From the NCBI GenBank assembly GCA_048621635.1, contig JBMCWH010000002.1, positions 2,227 through 66,226 of the forward strand: a DNA stretch of 64,000 nt, given 5' to 3'. The notes beneath the pieces were generated by a model. It made no database searches and was not told the origin of the DNA. It saw only the letters and a list, made by a program, of their open reading frames with translations. The stretch is from Patescibacteria group bacterium (lineage in GTDB: Bacteria > Patescibacteriota > WWE3 > JAUXAW01 > JAYEID01). A program made the translations under genes and the position numbers. This document shows, in pieces, positions 40,653 to 51,237 of the stretch (positions are counted from its first letter, which is position 1; every line of letters begins with the position of its first letter).

Positions 40653-42050
40653 ATGATTAAACCTACTATTTTTCGTGATTATGATATCAGAGGCATTGTG
40701 GGTAAAGAATTTGATTCTTCGGATGCTAAAAAATTTGGCCAAGCATTTGGTACTCTCATTCAAGAATTTTCCGGTCCCAATATTATTGTTGGGCGTGACA
40801 ACAGATTTACCTCCGATTCTATCGCTTCTTATTTTATAAGCGGGGTACTTTCAACCGGCTGTAATGTGGTGGATGTAGGACTTGCATTGCGTCCTATGAT
40901 CCAAGCAGGAATCTACCACGAAAGTTTTGATGGGGGTGCCATGATTACCGGAAGCCACAGTGAGCCAGAGTATAACGGTATTAAATTCTTTACTAGGAAA
41001 GGCAAACCTTTTTTTGGAGAAAGAATTAAAAACATTAAAAAATTGTGTTACTCAGGAGAATTCAAGCAGGGAAATGGAGAAGTAGGTTATTCTAACCTTG
41101 CTGGTTTATATTACCGGGACATAACTCAGAAAATTGAACTTAAAAGCTATAAGAAAGTTGTAATTGATTGTGGCAATGGTACAGCGGGAAAGTACCTACC
41201 TCACCTTTTCCACCGATTAGGATGCGATGTAGTGCCTCTTTACACTAATTTAGATGGTAGTTTTCCCAATCACACCCCTAATCCTGAAAACAGGGTAAAT
41301 ATGCTAGATCTTTCCCAAAAAGTTCTGGAAGAGGAAGCAGATTTAGGTATTGCTTTTGACACTGATGGCGATAGATTTGGGATCATTGATGAAAAGGGGA
41401 ATCACCACGCCAGCGATCGAACACTTGTTCTTTTGGCTCGCAAAGTCCTAGAAAATCACCCCCAAGGGAAAATAATTTTTGACGTTAAATGCTCTTATGT
41501 TTTAGAGAGAGAAATTAAGAAGGCGGGAGGAACCCCCATCATGATTAGGACTGGACATCCTTATTTTTATCAGCGCATGGAAGAAGATAAGGAAATAGTA
41601 CTAGGTGGTGAGTTGTCGGGGCATTTTCTCTACCAAGAAAACAATTTGTTTGACGATGCTGCTTTTGCTGCGGCAAAAATTTTGAAAATTGCCTCTGAGC
41701 AAGAACAACCTCTTTCTGAAAGCTATGACTCTATTCCTAAAACAGCGCACACGCCAGAGATTAAAGCTTCTTGTCCCGATGAAGATAAGTTCGAAATAGT
41801 GGAAGAAGTTCGCCAGGAATATGAAAAAGAGTTAGGAGTGTTGGAATATGATGGTGCAAGGGTGATCTTTTCCAAAACTGCTTGGGCACTTATCCGTGCT
41901 TCCAATACTACTCCTTGCTTGTCTCTTCGCTTTGAAGCAAAAAATAAGAAAACACTAAGAAAAATCATGCTTGATATAAAAGAGAAACTAAAAAAATATC
42001 CTCAAGTAGATCTCAAGCAACTAAACCTCTTTCTGGAAGCAGGTAAGTAA
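40653..42050 (+). CDS. Phosphoglucomutase/phosphomannomutase family protein
   Basis: FRDYDIRG, active-site loop ITGSHSEPEYNGIKF (variant of SHNP) and metal site AFDTDGDR. Confidence 0.85.
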   Translation: MIKPTIFRDYDIRGIVGKEFDSSDAKKFGQAFGTLIQEFSGPNIIVGRDNRFTSDSIASYFISGVLSTGCNVVDVGLALRPMIQAGIYHESFDGGAMITGSHSEPEYNGIKFFTRKGKPFFGERIKNIKKLCYSGEFKQGNGEVGYSNLAGLYYRDITQKIELKSYKKVVIDCGNGTAGKYLPHLFHRLGCDVVPLYTNLDGSFPNHTPNPENRVNMLDLSQKVLEEEADLGIAFDTDGDRFGIIDEKGNHHASDRTLVLLARKVLENHPQGKIIFDVKCSYVLEREIKKAGGTPIMIRTGHPYFYQRMEEDKEIVLGGELSGHFLYQENNLFDDAAFAAAKILKIASEQEQPLSESYDSIPKTAHTPEIKASCPDEDKFEIVEEVRQEYEKELGVLEYDGARVIFSKTAWALIRASNTTPCLSLRFEAKNKKTLRKIMLDIKEKLKKYPQVDLKQLNLFLEAGK

Positions 42051-42616
42051 TGAACTTTTCAACTCGTAAATTAAGAGAAATTAGCGATGTTCTTCTAGAT
42101 TCGGAAGCTACCGGTCCCAAACATATTTATTACATGTTTCGCAATCTTCCTTTTTTCTCTTCTAGGGAGACGCGTTTTGACCTGACAATATTACCTTCTT
42201 TTTTCCTTGGTAAAGAGTTCAACAAAACTTATGGGCATGTTCACAAGAACAAGGCGAAAGAAATTTACAAGCTGTACGTCGGTACGGCTCTTTTTCTTTT
42301 GCAAAAGAGTAATAAAAAAATGGAGGTTTCCGAGATTAAACTAATTAAAGCAAAAAGAGGAGATAAAGTTGAAATACCAGGAGATTATCATCATTGCACA
42401 ATTAATATTGGAAGGTTTCCCCTTGTTCTAGGAAATTGGCTGCCGAAAGATACAGAAAACGATTATAAGCATATTGCAGAAGCGGCTGGCTTCGGCTACT
42501 ATGTTATTCGAAGTAATGAAGGAAAACTTTTCAAGCTAATAGAGAATAAAAATTACGAGAAAGTACCTGAACCAAGGGTTATTAATATGGAAAAGACTGC
42601 CTATGAACAGAACTGA
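42050..42616 (+). CDS. Cupin-type glucose-6-phosphate isomerase (archaeal cPGI type)
   Basis: GKEFNKTYGHVH and IPGDYHHCTINIG...DYKHIAEAAGF parallel the Pyrococcus-type cupin PGI motifs (TKGHFH, YWAHRTVN, HDYGTIAEKGF). Confidence 0.7.
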   Translation: MNFSTRKLREISDVLLDSEATGPKHIYYMFRNLPFFSSRETRFDLTILPSFFLGKEFNKTYGHVHKNKAKEIYKLYVGTALFLLQKSNKKMEVSEIKLIKAKRGDKVEIPGDYHHCTINIGRFPLVLGNWLPKDTENDYKHIAEAAGFGYYVIRSNEGKLFKLIENKNYEKVPEPRVINMEKTAYEQN

Positions 42617-44906
42617 AAAAGGACAACTTATTCTTTGGATTTCGGAAGGTGATAAAAATGATAGCAATCTAGTGGGTAAAAAAGCTGCAAATTTAGGTGA
42701 ACTTGCCAATATTGATGCACCTGTACCCAATGGATTCACCATTACCACCCAAGCGTACTTAAACCTCCTTGCCCATGGTAGCTTAAGAAAAAAGATTCAA
42801 GATAAATTGGCTGAGTTGGATGTTGAAGATAGTGATAGTTTGATTTCCACCGCGGAAAAGATTCGTACACATATTTTAGCCTCGCCTTTTCCTAAAAAAG
42901 TTAAATTAGCAATAACGAGTGCCTACCGAAAACTCTCAGGTGCTTTAGATTTACAAGTGGCTGTGCGTCCGTCAATAACTTCCTTAGATAGTAAGCAACT
43001 ACCTGAAAATGCATCTTTTGCAGGCCAACAGGAAACTTTTCTAAATATAAAGGGGGAGGAAGACCTTTTGGACGCAGTTAAGCATTGTTGGGCGTCTTTG
43101 TTTTCCGCCCGTTCTCTTTTTTATTTCAAAAGCCACGGGTTAAACTATCAAGATGTTGTTTTAGCAATTACTATACAGAAAATGATTGCTGCTGAAAATT
43201 CCGGAGTTATGTTTACGGCGCTTCCTTTTAGTGGAGAGGAGGGAAAAATTCTCATTGAAGCTGTTTACGGCTTAGGAAAAGGTATTGTGCATGGTCACTT
43301 TACGCCAGACAGTTATACTGTAGAAAAAGAAAATCTAGAAATTTTGGAAAAATCAATCTCAGAACAACATGAGCAAATTACGGAGGAAGGTAGGATTCCT
43401 ATATCTAAAGAGTATGTAAGAAAACAGAAAATAAGTGACAAGACAATTAAAGAACTTGCTAAATGGGGAAAGCGAATCGAAAATCATTATAAACGTTCTC
43501 AGGATATTGAATGGGCATACGCAAACAGTTCTATCTACATAGTTGAATCTCGTCCACTCACAACTGTAAAAAAAGTGCTAGATCAAGAAAAAAGCCCGCC
43601 AAAAAAATCATCGGAAAGGCCAATTCTCTTAACCGGGGTTGGAGCCTCTCCGGGAATTGCAACGGGAAAGGTATCAATTGTAAACTCTGCTAAGGAATTA
43701 GAAAAAGTTCAGGAGGGGGATATCTTGGTAGCACCAATGACCGATCCTGACTATGTTCCAGCAATGAAAAAAGCAGGCGCAATTGTTACTGATCACGGAG
43801 GTATTACTTCTCATACTGCTGTTATTTCCCGGGAATTAGGGTTACCTTCGGTAATGGGAACGAAAAAAGCAACTGCTATGCTTTCAGACCAGGAAACTGT
43901 TACTGTGGATGGGGAAACAGGAAATATTTATGAGGGTGAATTTATCTTGAAAGAAGGGCCACAAGAAAAACCGACTGAAAAAGAAAAAAAGAAGTTGAAA
44001 ACAACACAGACAAGAAAATCTACTGCCACCAAGCTTTATGTGAATTTGTCTGAGCCGGATCTAGCTGAGGAAATAGCTGCTCAGGATGTAGACGGAGTTG
44101 GCTTACTCCGTGCCGAGTTTGTGTTTGCTTCTATTGGCGCACATCCTCGCTACATGCTTGAGAAAGGCAAAAGAACAAAGATGGTAAATAAAATTTACCA
44201 AGGTTTATACCAAATAGCCAAAGCCTTTGATCCCCATCCTGTAATCTACCGGGCTAGTGATTTAAAAACTAATGAATATCGAAATTTAGAAGGCGGCGAA
44301 AAATATGAAAAAGAAGAACCTAATCCCACACTGGGGTTTCGAGGCGCAGCTCGCTATATTAAGGATCCGGAAATATTTAAACTTGAGCTGGAAGCAATAA
44401 AAAAAGTTAGGCGAGATTATCAAAATGTTTCCCTAATGGTTCCATTCGTTCGAACCCCCGAAGAGTTAGTGGAAGTAAAAAAAATAATGGGTCAAGAAGG
44501 GTTATACCGTAGTTCAACATTTAAACTGTGGATGATGGTAGAAGTACCTGCTAACATAATAATGATGGAGAAATTCCTTGGCGTAGGTATTGATGGTATT
44601 TCTATTGGAACCAATGACCTTACTCAACTAACACTTGGTGTTGATCGAGATAATGCCAAGATGAGTGAGAAATACGATCAGCTCAACGAAGCAGTTTTAT
44701 GGTTAGTAAAGGAAGCAATTGAGGAAGCGCATGAACACGGTATCACTTCCTCTATTTGCGGTCAGGCCCCCAGCTTGTATCCTCCCTTAATCGAAAAACT
44801 TATTCAGTGGGGAATCACAAGTGTTAGTGTTAGTCCGGATAAGATAGAGCAAATAAGGGAGCGTATTTCTCAGGCTGAAAGATCGCGAATCTTAGGAACA
44901 GTATAA
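42603..44906 (+). CDS. ppsA: Phosphoenolpyruvate synthase (pyruvate, water dikinase)
   Basis: VGKKAANLGEL, phospho-His loop TDHGGITSHTAVISRELGLP and the C-terminal PEP-utilising domain GISIGTNDLTQL. Confidence 0.85.
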   Translation: MNRTEKGQLILWISEGDKNDSNLVGKKAANLGELANIDAPVPNGFTITTQAYLNLLAHGSLRKKIQDKLAELDVEDSDSLISTAEKIRTHILASPFPKKVKLAITSAYRKLSGALDLQVAVRPSITSLDSKQLPENASFAGQQETFLNIKGEEDLLDAVKHCWASLFSARSLFYFKSHGLNYQDVVLAITIQKMIAAENSGVMFTALPFSGEEGKILIEAVYGLGKGIVHGHFTPDSYTVEKENLEILEKSISEQHEQITEEGRIPISKEYVRKQKISDKTIKELAKWGKRIENHYKRSQDIEWAYANSSIYIVESRPLTTVKKVLDQEKSPPKKSSERPILLTGVGASPGIATGKVSIVNSAKELEKVQEGDILVAPMTDPDYVPAMKKAGAIVTDHGGITSHTAVISRELGLPSVMGTKKATAMLSDQETVTVDGETGNIYEGEFILKEGPQEKPTEKEKKKLKTTQTRKSTATKLYVNLSEPDLAEEIAAQDVDGVGLLRAEFVFASIGAHPRYMLEKGKRTKMVNKIYQGLYQIAKAFDPHPVIYRASDLKTNEYRNLEGGEKYEKEEPNPTLGFRGAARYIKDPEIFKLELEAIKKVRRDYQNVSLMVPFVRTPEELVEVKKIMGQEGLYRSSTFKLWMMVEVPANIIMMEKFLGVGIDGISIGTNDLTQLTLGVDRDNAKMSEKYDQLNEAVLWLVKEAIEEAHEHGITSSICGQAPSLYPPLIEKLIQWGITSVSVSPDKIEQIRERISQAERSRILGTV

Positions 44907-44982
44907 GTTCCTTTTCCCATCGTACTTTCAAGTAGCCTATAAACAGTTGAACATAGTTTTCAAAGAGATTAATATATAAAAC

Positions 44983-46194
44983 ATGTCAAAAATAAAAGAA
45001 ATTAAGGCAGAAAAAATAATAAACTCTCTCGGTGATTGGACAATCCGCACTACAGCAATATTGTCTTCTGGAGCTACGGGCTCGGGGGAGGTTCCGGCAG
45101 GTATATCTACAGGCAAATTTGAGGCTACTTTGGTTCCTCCTGGACAAGCAATAGAAAATATAACCAGCAAAATAAGTCCCGAGTTACACGGGGAAAATGC
45201 TCTAAATCAAAAAAATATTGATCAGCTCCTCTTAGAATTAGATGGAACAGAGCGAAAAGGCAATCTTGGCGGAAACGCAATATTGGCAACTTCCCTAGCT
45301 GTTTGCAATGCAGCTGCAAGAGAACAGGACATACCTCTCTACCAACACATTCGCAACTATTTTGGATTTGAGGAGACGGCTTCTTTACCTAATCCAATGC
45401 TGTTGATAATTGAAGGAGGTAAGCATGGTGCAGAAAATTTAGATATTCAAGAGTTTATGGTTATTCCACCTAAAAAGCCTTCTTTCGAAAAAACTATAGA
45501 GGCAGGAATAAATATTTATAAAGAAACAAAAAAATTGTTAGGAGAAGAAGGCTACGCAACAACAGTCGGGACAGAAGGAGGTTTTTCACCGCAAAAGATG
45601 AATCTAAACCAAGCTTTAGATATAATTGAGCAGGCTTGTAAAAATGCACACTATGAAAAGGTAAAAATAACCTTGGATGTAGCAGCTAATTCTTTTGCTA
45701 GCAAAACCAAGTACAAATTAAAGGGGCTTAGCAAGACTTTGTCAGGAACCCAATTGCTTGACTTTTATAATGATCTAAAGGCAAAACATCCACGCTTATA
45801 TTCAATTGAAGATCCTTTTGACGAGAACCATCTAAATTTATGGAAAAAAGCTCAAAAAGAATGGGGGGATGATCTTATTGTTGTTGGTGACGACCTATTA
45901 GTTACGAATCCGAAGAAAATAAAGCACGCAGTTGAAAATAAATTAGTGGGCGGTGCTATTATTAAACCAAACCAAATTGGAACTATTTCCGAAGCTGTGG
46001 AATTTTCCAAAATTGCCCAAAAAGGGAACCTGAAAACTGTTGTTTCCCATCGTTCTGGGGAGACTAACTCCAGTTTTATCGCTGATCTTGCCTTTGCTAT
46101 TAACGCTGATTTCATAAAAACAGGTGCACCTACGAGAGGGGAACGGGTAGCAAAATATAACCGCTTGCTTGAAATTGAACGATCTTTGGGATGA
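44983..46194 (+). CDS. eno: Enolase (divergent, short)
   Basis: PAGISTGKFEA, IEDPF, DDLLVTNP, IKPNQIGT and SHRSGETNSSFIADLA. Confidence 0.85.
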   Translation: MSKIKEIKAEKIINSLGDWTIRTTAILSSGATGSGEVPAGISTGKFEATLVPPGQAIENITSKISPELHGENALNQKNIDQLLLELDGTERKGNLGGNAILATSLAVCNAAAREQDIPLYQHIRNYFGFEETASLPNPMLLIIEGGKHGAENLDIQEFMVIPPKKPSFEKTIEAGINIYKETKKLLGEEGYATTVGTEGGFSPQKMNLNQALDIIEQACKNAHYEKVKITLDVAANSFASKTKYKLKGLSKTLSGTQLLDFYNDLKAKHPRLYSIEDPFDENHLNLWKKAQKEWGDDLIVVGDDLLVTNPKKIKHAVENKLVGGAIIKPNQIGTISEAVEFSKIAQKGNLKTVVSHRSGETNSSFIADLAFAINADFIKTGAPTRGERVAKYNRLLEIERSLG

Positions 46195-46285
46195 ATTTTC
46201 TGTAAATGAAAAAATCGCGTGGAATTAGGTTTAAAGTTTGAGATAGATCTTAATAATAAATAAAGTTTTTAAGGACAAAAAAGCA

Positions 46286-47848
46286 ATGGCTAAAAATTAC
46301 AAACCAGTCACACTTATAGTTTTAGATGGTTGGGGGATTGCCCCACCTGGTCCAGGCAACGCAATTCGTTTAGCAAAAACACCTTTTTTTGACCAATTAA
46401 GAGTTAGATTCCCTCGAACACGTTTGAAAGCGTCAGGAAAAGAAGTTGGCTTACCCAAAGGAGAGAGAGGAACTTCCGAAGTCGGGCATTTAAACATTGG
46501 CGCCGGAAGAATTGTCTGGCAAGATGTTTCCAAAATAAACGACGCAATTGTTGACGGTTCTTTTTTTAAGAATTCCGCCCTAGTAAATGCCTGCGAACAT
46601 GTAAAAGAAAACCAAGCGCAATTGCATTTGATGGGGTTAGTGGGTGGAGGATCTGTTCACTCTTCGCTAGATCACCTTTATGCCTTACTGGAGCTTGCCA
46701 AAAAACAAAATGTGCCCGGGGATAAAGTAAAAATACATGTATTTACAGATGGAAGAGACAGTCCTCCCCAATCTGCAAAGAAGTATATTCAAGAATTACA
46801 ACAGAAAATGGAAGAATTGAAGATCGGCAAAATTGTTTCGGTGACGGGACGTTACTATGCTATGGACCGTGATAGAAATTGGCAACGCACCAAAGCGACT
46901 TATTCTACTTTGGTTGCTGGAAATCATCGAAGCTCCGAAACTCCTGAACAAGCGATTGAAAATGCTTATTCTCAAGGTGACACTGATGAATTTATTAAGC
47001 CTACCATAATTGAAAATAAATCCGATAAAGAAAGCTATAACGGAAAAATAAATGAGGACGATGCTGTTATATTCTTTAATTTTCGCGCAGATAGGGCTCG
47101 CCAAATAACCAAAGCTTTTGTTTTACCTGAATTTAAGTATTTTGATCGGGATATTTATTTAGAAAATTTACACTTTGTAAGCCTTGTAGAGTACGAGAAA
47201 GAAATTCCTGTGAAAGATTCCGCATTTATTCCTCACCTTATCAGGCCAAATCTATCTCAGGTAATTTCTCAACAAGGAGGAAATCAATTTCATATTGCTG
47301 AAAGTGAAAAATATGCTTATGTTACCTATTATTTTAACGGAGGAATTGAAAAAGCGTTTCCAGGGGAGGAAAGAAAGATAGTTCCTTCGCCGGATGTTCC
47401 TACTTATGAGCAAGCTCCGGAAATGTCGATTAAAGAAGTTTCTCAAATAGCGGAGAAAAAAATCAGATCTCAGCAGTATGACTTTGTCTTAATTAATTTT
47501 GCCAATCCCGATATGCTGGGACACACAGGTATTATTCCCGCTGCCATTGAGGGAATAGAAGCTACCGATAAGGCCCTTAAACGAGTGGTTGAGGCAACTT
47601 TTTCCGCAGGTGGCGCTTGCGTGGTAACTTCTGACCACGGGAATGTAGAGGAGATGATTAATCCCGCTACCGGGGAAGTGTCCACTTCGCATTCCAACAA
47701 TCGAGTTCCGCTAATAATAGCTGCGAAACAGAACCATTTACAGTCACGGGAATTGCAAAGTGGAATACTGGCAGACATAGCCCCCACAGTTCTGAAGTTA
47801 ATGGGTGTTCCCAAACCTAACGCAATGGCAGGACACAGCTTAATATAA
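46286..47848 (+). CDS. gpmI: 2,3-bisphosphoglycerate-independent phosphoglycerate mutase
   Basis: LIVLDGWG, SEVGHLNIGAGR, FTDGRDSPP, NFANPDMLGHTG and SDHGN. Confidence 0.9.
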   Translation: MAKNYKPVTLIVLDGWGIAPPGPGNAIRLAKTPFFDQLRVRFPRTRLKASGKEVGLPKGERGTSEVGHLNIGAGRIVWQDVSKINDAIVDGSFFKNSALVNACEHVKENQAQLHLMGLVGGGSVHSSLDHLYALLELAKKQNVPGDKVKIHVFTDGRDSPPQSAKKYIQELQQKMEELKIGKIVSVTGRYYAMDRDRNWQRTKATYSTLVAGNHRSSETPEQAIENAYSQGDTDEFIKPTIIENKSDKESYNGKINEDDAVIFFNFRADRARQITKAFVLPEFKYFDRDIYLENLHFVSLVEYEKEIPVKDSAFIPHLIRPNLSQVISQQGGNQFHIAESEKYAYVTYYFNGGIEKAFPGEERKIVPSPDVPTYEQAPEMSIKEVSQIAEKKIRSQQYDFVLINFANPDMLGHTGIIPAAIEGIEATDKALKRVVEATFSAGGACVVTSDHGNVEEMINPATGEVSTSHSNNRVPLIIAAKQNHLQSRELQSGILADIAPTVLKLMGVPKPNAMAGHSLI

Positions 47849-47918
47849 ATTTATGTGGCGGGTGGTAGACCTATTAAGGTAGGAAAATTTCTTTTGTAAA
47901 GAAGATTAAAATGCTATT

Positions 47919-48515
47919 ATGGAAAGTAATAAAATGACAGTACCTATTGAAATTTCTGCTCGTCATATTCATTTAACTGAGGAAGATTTCCATCAGTTGT
48001 TTGGTGAAAAAGCTGAATTGGCTAGATTGAAAAAGCTTTCCCAGCCAAAAAATTTTGCTGCAAAACAAACTGTGGCTATTAAGACCTCAGCGGGTAAGTT
48101 TGCTGCGGTACGAATTGTAGGTTCGTTTAGGAAATATACCCAGATAGAAATTTCCAAAACAGATGCTTATAACCTAGATATTGATCCCCCTGTGAGGGAT
48201 AGTCATGAATTGGAGCATGCGGGAACGCCGGGTGTAACTGTAGTCGGTCCGGAAGGGAAAGTGGAACTAGAGAAGGGCGTAATTATTCCTTGGCGACACA
48301 TTCATATGCATCCTAGTGATGCAGCAGAGGCAGGAGTGGAGGACGGAGATTTGGTAATGGTGGACATAGACAACGACCCCCGTAGTGTTATTTTTGAAAA
48401 TGTTTTAATTAGAATTTCCCCTGCCTATAGATTAGCAATGCAAATAGATACGGATGAAGCAAATGCTGCAGGGATCAGCGGTGGTGAAGTAGGAACCTTA
48501 CTTAAGCAGGAGTAA
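47919..48515 (+). CDS. pduL: PduL-type phosphate acyltransferase
   Basis: IEISARHIHLTEEDFHQLFG and RHIHMHPSDA repeats are typical of PduL. TAAAAT lies 6 nt upstream of ATG 47919. Confidence 0.8.
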   Translation: MESNKMTVPIEISARHIHLTEEDFHQLFGEKAELARLKKLSQPKNFAAKQTVAIKTSAGKFAAVRIVGSFRKYTQIEISKTDAYNLDIDPPVRDSHELEHAGTPGVTVVGPEGKVELEKGVIIPWRHIHMHPSDAAEAGVEDGDLVMVDIDNDPRSVIFENVLIRISPAYRLAMQIDTDEANAAGISGGEVGTLLKQE

Positions 48516-48551
48516 AGAAGCCTTTTTCTATTTATCCGCTGTCTAGTAACT

Positions 48552-49589
48552 ATGTTTTTAATCTTTAATGTAGGCAGTGCTTCTATAAAGTGGGCATTGT
48601 TTAACAACAACTTGGAAAAGCAACAAGAAGAGTCAATCGAATTTCCAAATTTTGACGAACTGTCAAAAATAATTAATAAGATCCTGGAAAAAAATAAAAC
48701 CAAAGATATTGCCAAAATTGGTCACCGTGTTGTTCATGGAGGCCATGTTTTCAAACAGCCGACAAGGATAACTGAGAACACCTTTGAGAAGCTAGAGGAA
48801 ATTAATAAACTTGCTCCTTTACACAACCCATTGGCTCTACAAGTCATAAGAAATTGCCAACGGAAATTACCTAAAATTGACAATTTTGCTTGCTTTGACA
48901 CCAGCTTTTATAAGGATCTTCCTCAGTACGCAGCTAACTATGCTTTGCCCACAGAACTTGCGGAAGAACACAAAATCTTTCGCTACGGTTTTCACGGCAT
49001 TTCTCACCAGTACGTAGCTAACCAGGTAGCGCAGCAACTAAAACAACCATTAGAAAATCTCAAACTAATTACAGCTCATCTTGGTTCTGGCGCATCCCTC
49101 ACTGCAATTGAAGATGCCCAGCCCATTGATACTACTATGGGGTTTACACCTTTAGAAGGCATAATCATGAGTACTCGGTCAGGAAACATTGATCCTTCAA
49201 TACCTATTTTCCTTGCCCAAAACTCAGAATATTCACTAGAAAAGATCCACTCAATACTAAATAAAGAGTCCGGACTGTTAGGAATTTCCGGAATTAGTGA
49301 AGATGTGCGTGACATAATTACAGCTGCTGAAGATCCGGACCATCCGCGGAAAAAACAAGCAGGCTTAGCTCTCCAAATGTTTGCGTACCAGATTAAAAAG
49401 CAGATTGGTGCCTATACAGTAGCCCTAGGAGGACTAGACGTACTTGTTTTGACTGGAGCTGTTTCTCAATCCGACTTTATTTGTGACATGATTACTCATA
49501 GTCTACACAAAGTTTTGGGGAAGTTTGCAGTACTAAAAATTGATACTGACGAAGAACTTGCAATAGCAAAGAAAATAAAAAATCTTTAG
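48552..49589 (+). CDS. ackA: Acetate kinase (short form)
   Basis: NVGSASIKWALF, HRVVHGG, PLHNP, FDTSF and GFHGISHQY. Confidence 0.85.
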   Translation: MFLIFNVGSASIKWALFNNNLEKQQEESIEFPNFDELSKIINKILEKNKTKDIAKIGHRVVHGGHVFKQPTRITENTFEKLEEINKLAPLHNPLALQVIRNCQRKLPKIDNFACFDTSFYKDLPQYAANYALPTELAEEHKIFRYGFHGISHQYVANQVAQQLKQPLENLKLITAHLGSGASLTAIEDAQPIDTTMGFTPLEGIIMSTRSGNIDPSIPIFLAQNSEYSLEKIHSILNKESGLLGISGISEDVRDIITAAEDPDHPRKKQAGLALQMFAYQIKKQIGAYTVALGGLDVLVLTGAVSQSDFICDMITHSLHKVLGKFAVLKIDTDEELAIAKKIKNL

Positions 49590-49664
49590 CCTGTCGTTTA
49601 TTTAATTTATACTTAGCAAAGACACTATATAGTTCTAAAGATTACATATTGGTAGGAGAAACGC

Positions 49665-50399
49665 TCAACCAAGAGGACGGATAACCAAGGTAACTTCCCC
49701 TTTAGGTTGATTATTTAAAAAATGTTCCTGCGCTTCTGTAACCCGTCCGCGATAAATTTCCTCGTGCATCTTGGTCATTTCTCTGCAGACAGTTACCCAA
49801 CAATTGCCAAACACTTTTTCTACATCCCCCAATGAATCGCTTAGTCTGTAAGGAGACTCATAAGCTATAATACTAAATTTGAGCTTCTCGAAAAAACTTT
49901 TTACCATTTCCAGAAGTTCAAGGCGCCCTTTTTCCTTTTTGGGGAGAAACCCTAAAAAGAAAAATTTGTCTGGAGGTAAACCGGAAAGTTGTAAAGCAGG
50001 TAATAAAGAATTTGCCCCAGGGATAGAAGTTACTTTAACATCAAAATTTTCCGATATTTCAATTACTTCTTGTACTAATTTAAATCCGGGATCAGAGAGT
50101 AGGGGAGTACCAGCATTGGAAACTAAGGCAACTTCTTGGCCCTTAGCGAGACGGGCGAGAATCTCATCCATATGCTGATTCCTACTTTGATCTGTGTAGG
50201 AAAGCAGATCCGGACGCGTTTGTTCCGACAGGTTGGGAAAATTTCTTGAGCTTTGGATCCACTCTAAAAGTCTTCCTGTACGACGCGTATCTTCACAAAG
50301 AATAAGCTTTACAGAAAATAGTGTTTTGGCTGCTCTGAGACTGATGTCCTCTAAATTCCCAATAGGGGTAGAAATAAGGTATAAAATTCCCATGCTCAT
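49665..50399 (-). CDS. rsmI: 16S rRNA (cytidine1402-2'-O)-methyltransferase
   Basis: LYLISTPIGNLEDISLRA, CEDTR and SDPG motifs. Confidence 0.85.
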   Translation of the reverse strand: MSMGILYLISTPIGNLEDISLRAAKTLFSVKLILCEDTRRTGRLLEWIQSSRNFPNLSEQTRPDLLSYTDQSRNQHMDEILARLAKGQEVALVSNAGTPLLSDPGFKLVQEVIEISENFDVKVTSIPGANSLLPALQLSGLPPDKFFFLGFLPKKEKGRLELLEMVKSFFEKLKFSIIAYESPYRLSDSLGDVEKVFGNCWVTVCREMTKMHEEIYRGRVTEAQEHFLNNQPKGEVTLVIRPLG

Positions 50400-50416
50400 A
50401 TGTTATCATAGATGTA

Positions 50417-50974
50417 ATGCCTAGCAACAAACTCCTGGAGGTAAAATTTTCTGCTCGGGCTGGGCAAGGTGCAAAAACTGCTGCCCAAATTGTGGCCGAG
50501 GCGGGCCTTAAAAACAACTTTTTCGTCCAGGCTTTTCCTCAATACGGGCCAGAAAGGCGAGGAGCTCCAGTGTCCACCTTCGTAAGATTGTCTACGTCAC
50601 CTATTCTCACTCATGCGCAAATAAAAAAACCAGATATTGTTGCTGTAATTGAACCTGGTTTGGAAGAGTACCCTGAAGCAAGTGTTAAAGTTATTAATAC
50701 CAAAGAGGCTTCTGTAGACAGTTCTAAAACCTGGTTACTGGATGCTACCCAGATTGCCGAATTTTTTCTAGGAAGGAATCTACCTAACATTGTCATGGTT
50801 GGGGCGCTTTTAAAGGTTATTGAAAGTATTTACCCCGTTTATGAAATTCCAATTGAATCTGCTTCGGAGACCATTCGTGAAAGCCTGGGAGAAAAATGGG
50901 GTGAGGAATTAGTTAGTAAAAATATTAGTGCTTTAGAAGCTGGTTACAAGGAGGTAAAACAAGATGAAAATTAA
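50417..50974 (+). CDS. porC: Pyruvate/2-oxoacid:ferredoxin oxidoreductase, gamma subunit
   Basis: GRGGQG-like ARAGQGAKTAAQI and PQYGPERRGAP. Confidence 0.85.
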   Translation: MPSNKLLEVKFSARAGQGAKTAAQIVAEAGLKNNFFVQAFPQYGPERRGAPVSTFVRLSTSPILTHAQIKKPDIVAVIEPGLEEYPEASVKVINTKEASVDSSKTWLLDATQIAEFFLGRNLPNIVMVGALLKVIESIYPVYEIPIESASETIRESLGEKWGEELVSKNISALEAGYKEVKQDEN

Positions 50975-51224
50975 TCCGGGAGGTAAAATTACTGAGCCGG
51001 GGAACAGTAAACAGAAAAATACTGGAAAATGGCGGGAAGGTAAGCGTCCTGAATTTGACAGCGATAAATGTGCCCAATGTTTGCGTTGCGCAGCCTTCTG
51101 CCCCGAAGAAGCCATTGTGGTAAAAAACGGGAAAGTTGATCATATCGATTACACAAAGTGCAAAGGGTGTGGAATTTGTGTCGAAGAGTGCCCGGTAAAA
51201 GCAATTACCATGGTAGAGGAATAA
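50964..51224 (+). CDS. porD: Pyruvate:ferredoxin oxidoreductase delta subunit (2x[4Fe-4S] ferredoxin)
   Basis: CAQCLRCAAFCP and CKGCGICVEECP. Confidence 0.85.
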   Translation: MKINPGGKITEPGNSKQKNTGKWREGKRPEFDSDKCAQCLRCAAFCPEEAIVVKNGKVDHIDYTKCKGCGICVEECPVKAITMVEE

Positions 51225-51237
51225 TACAAACTAAACA

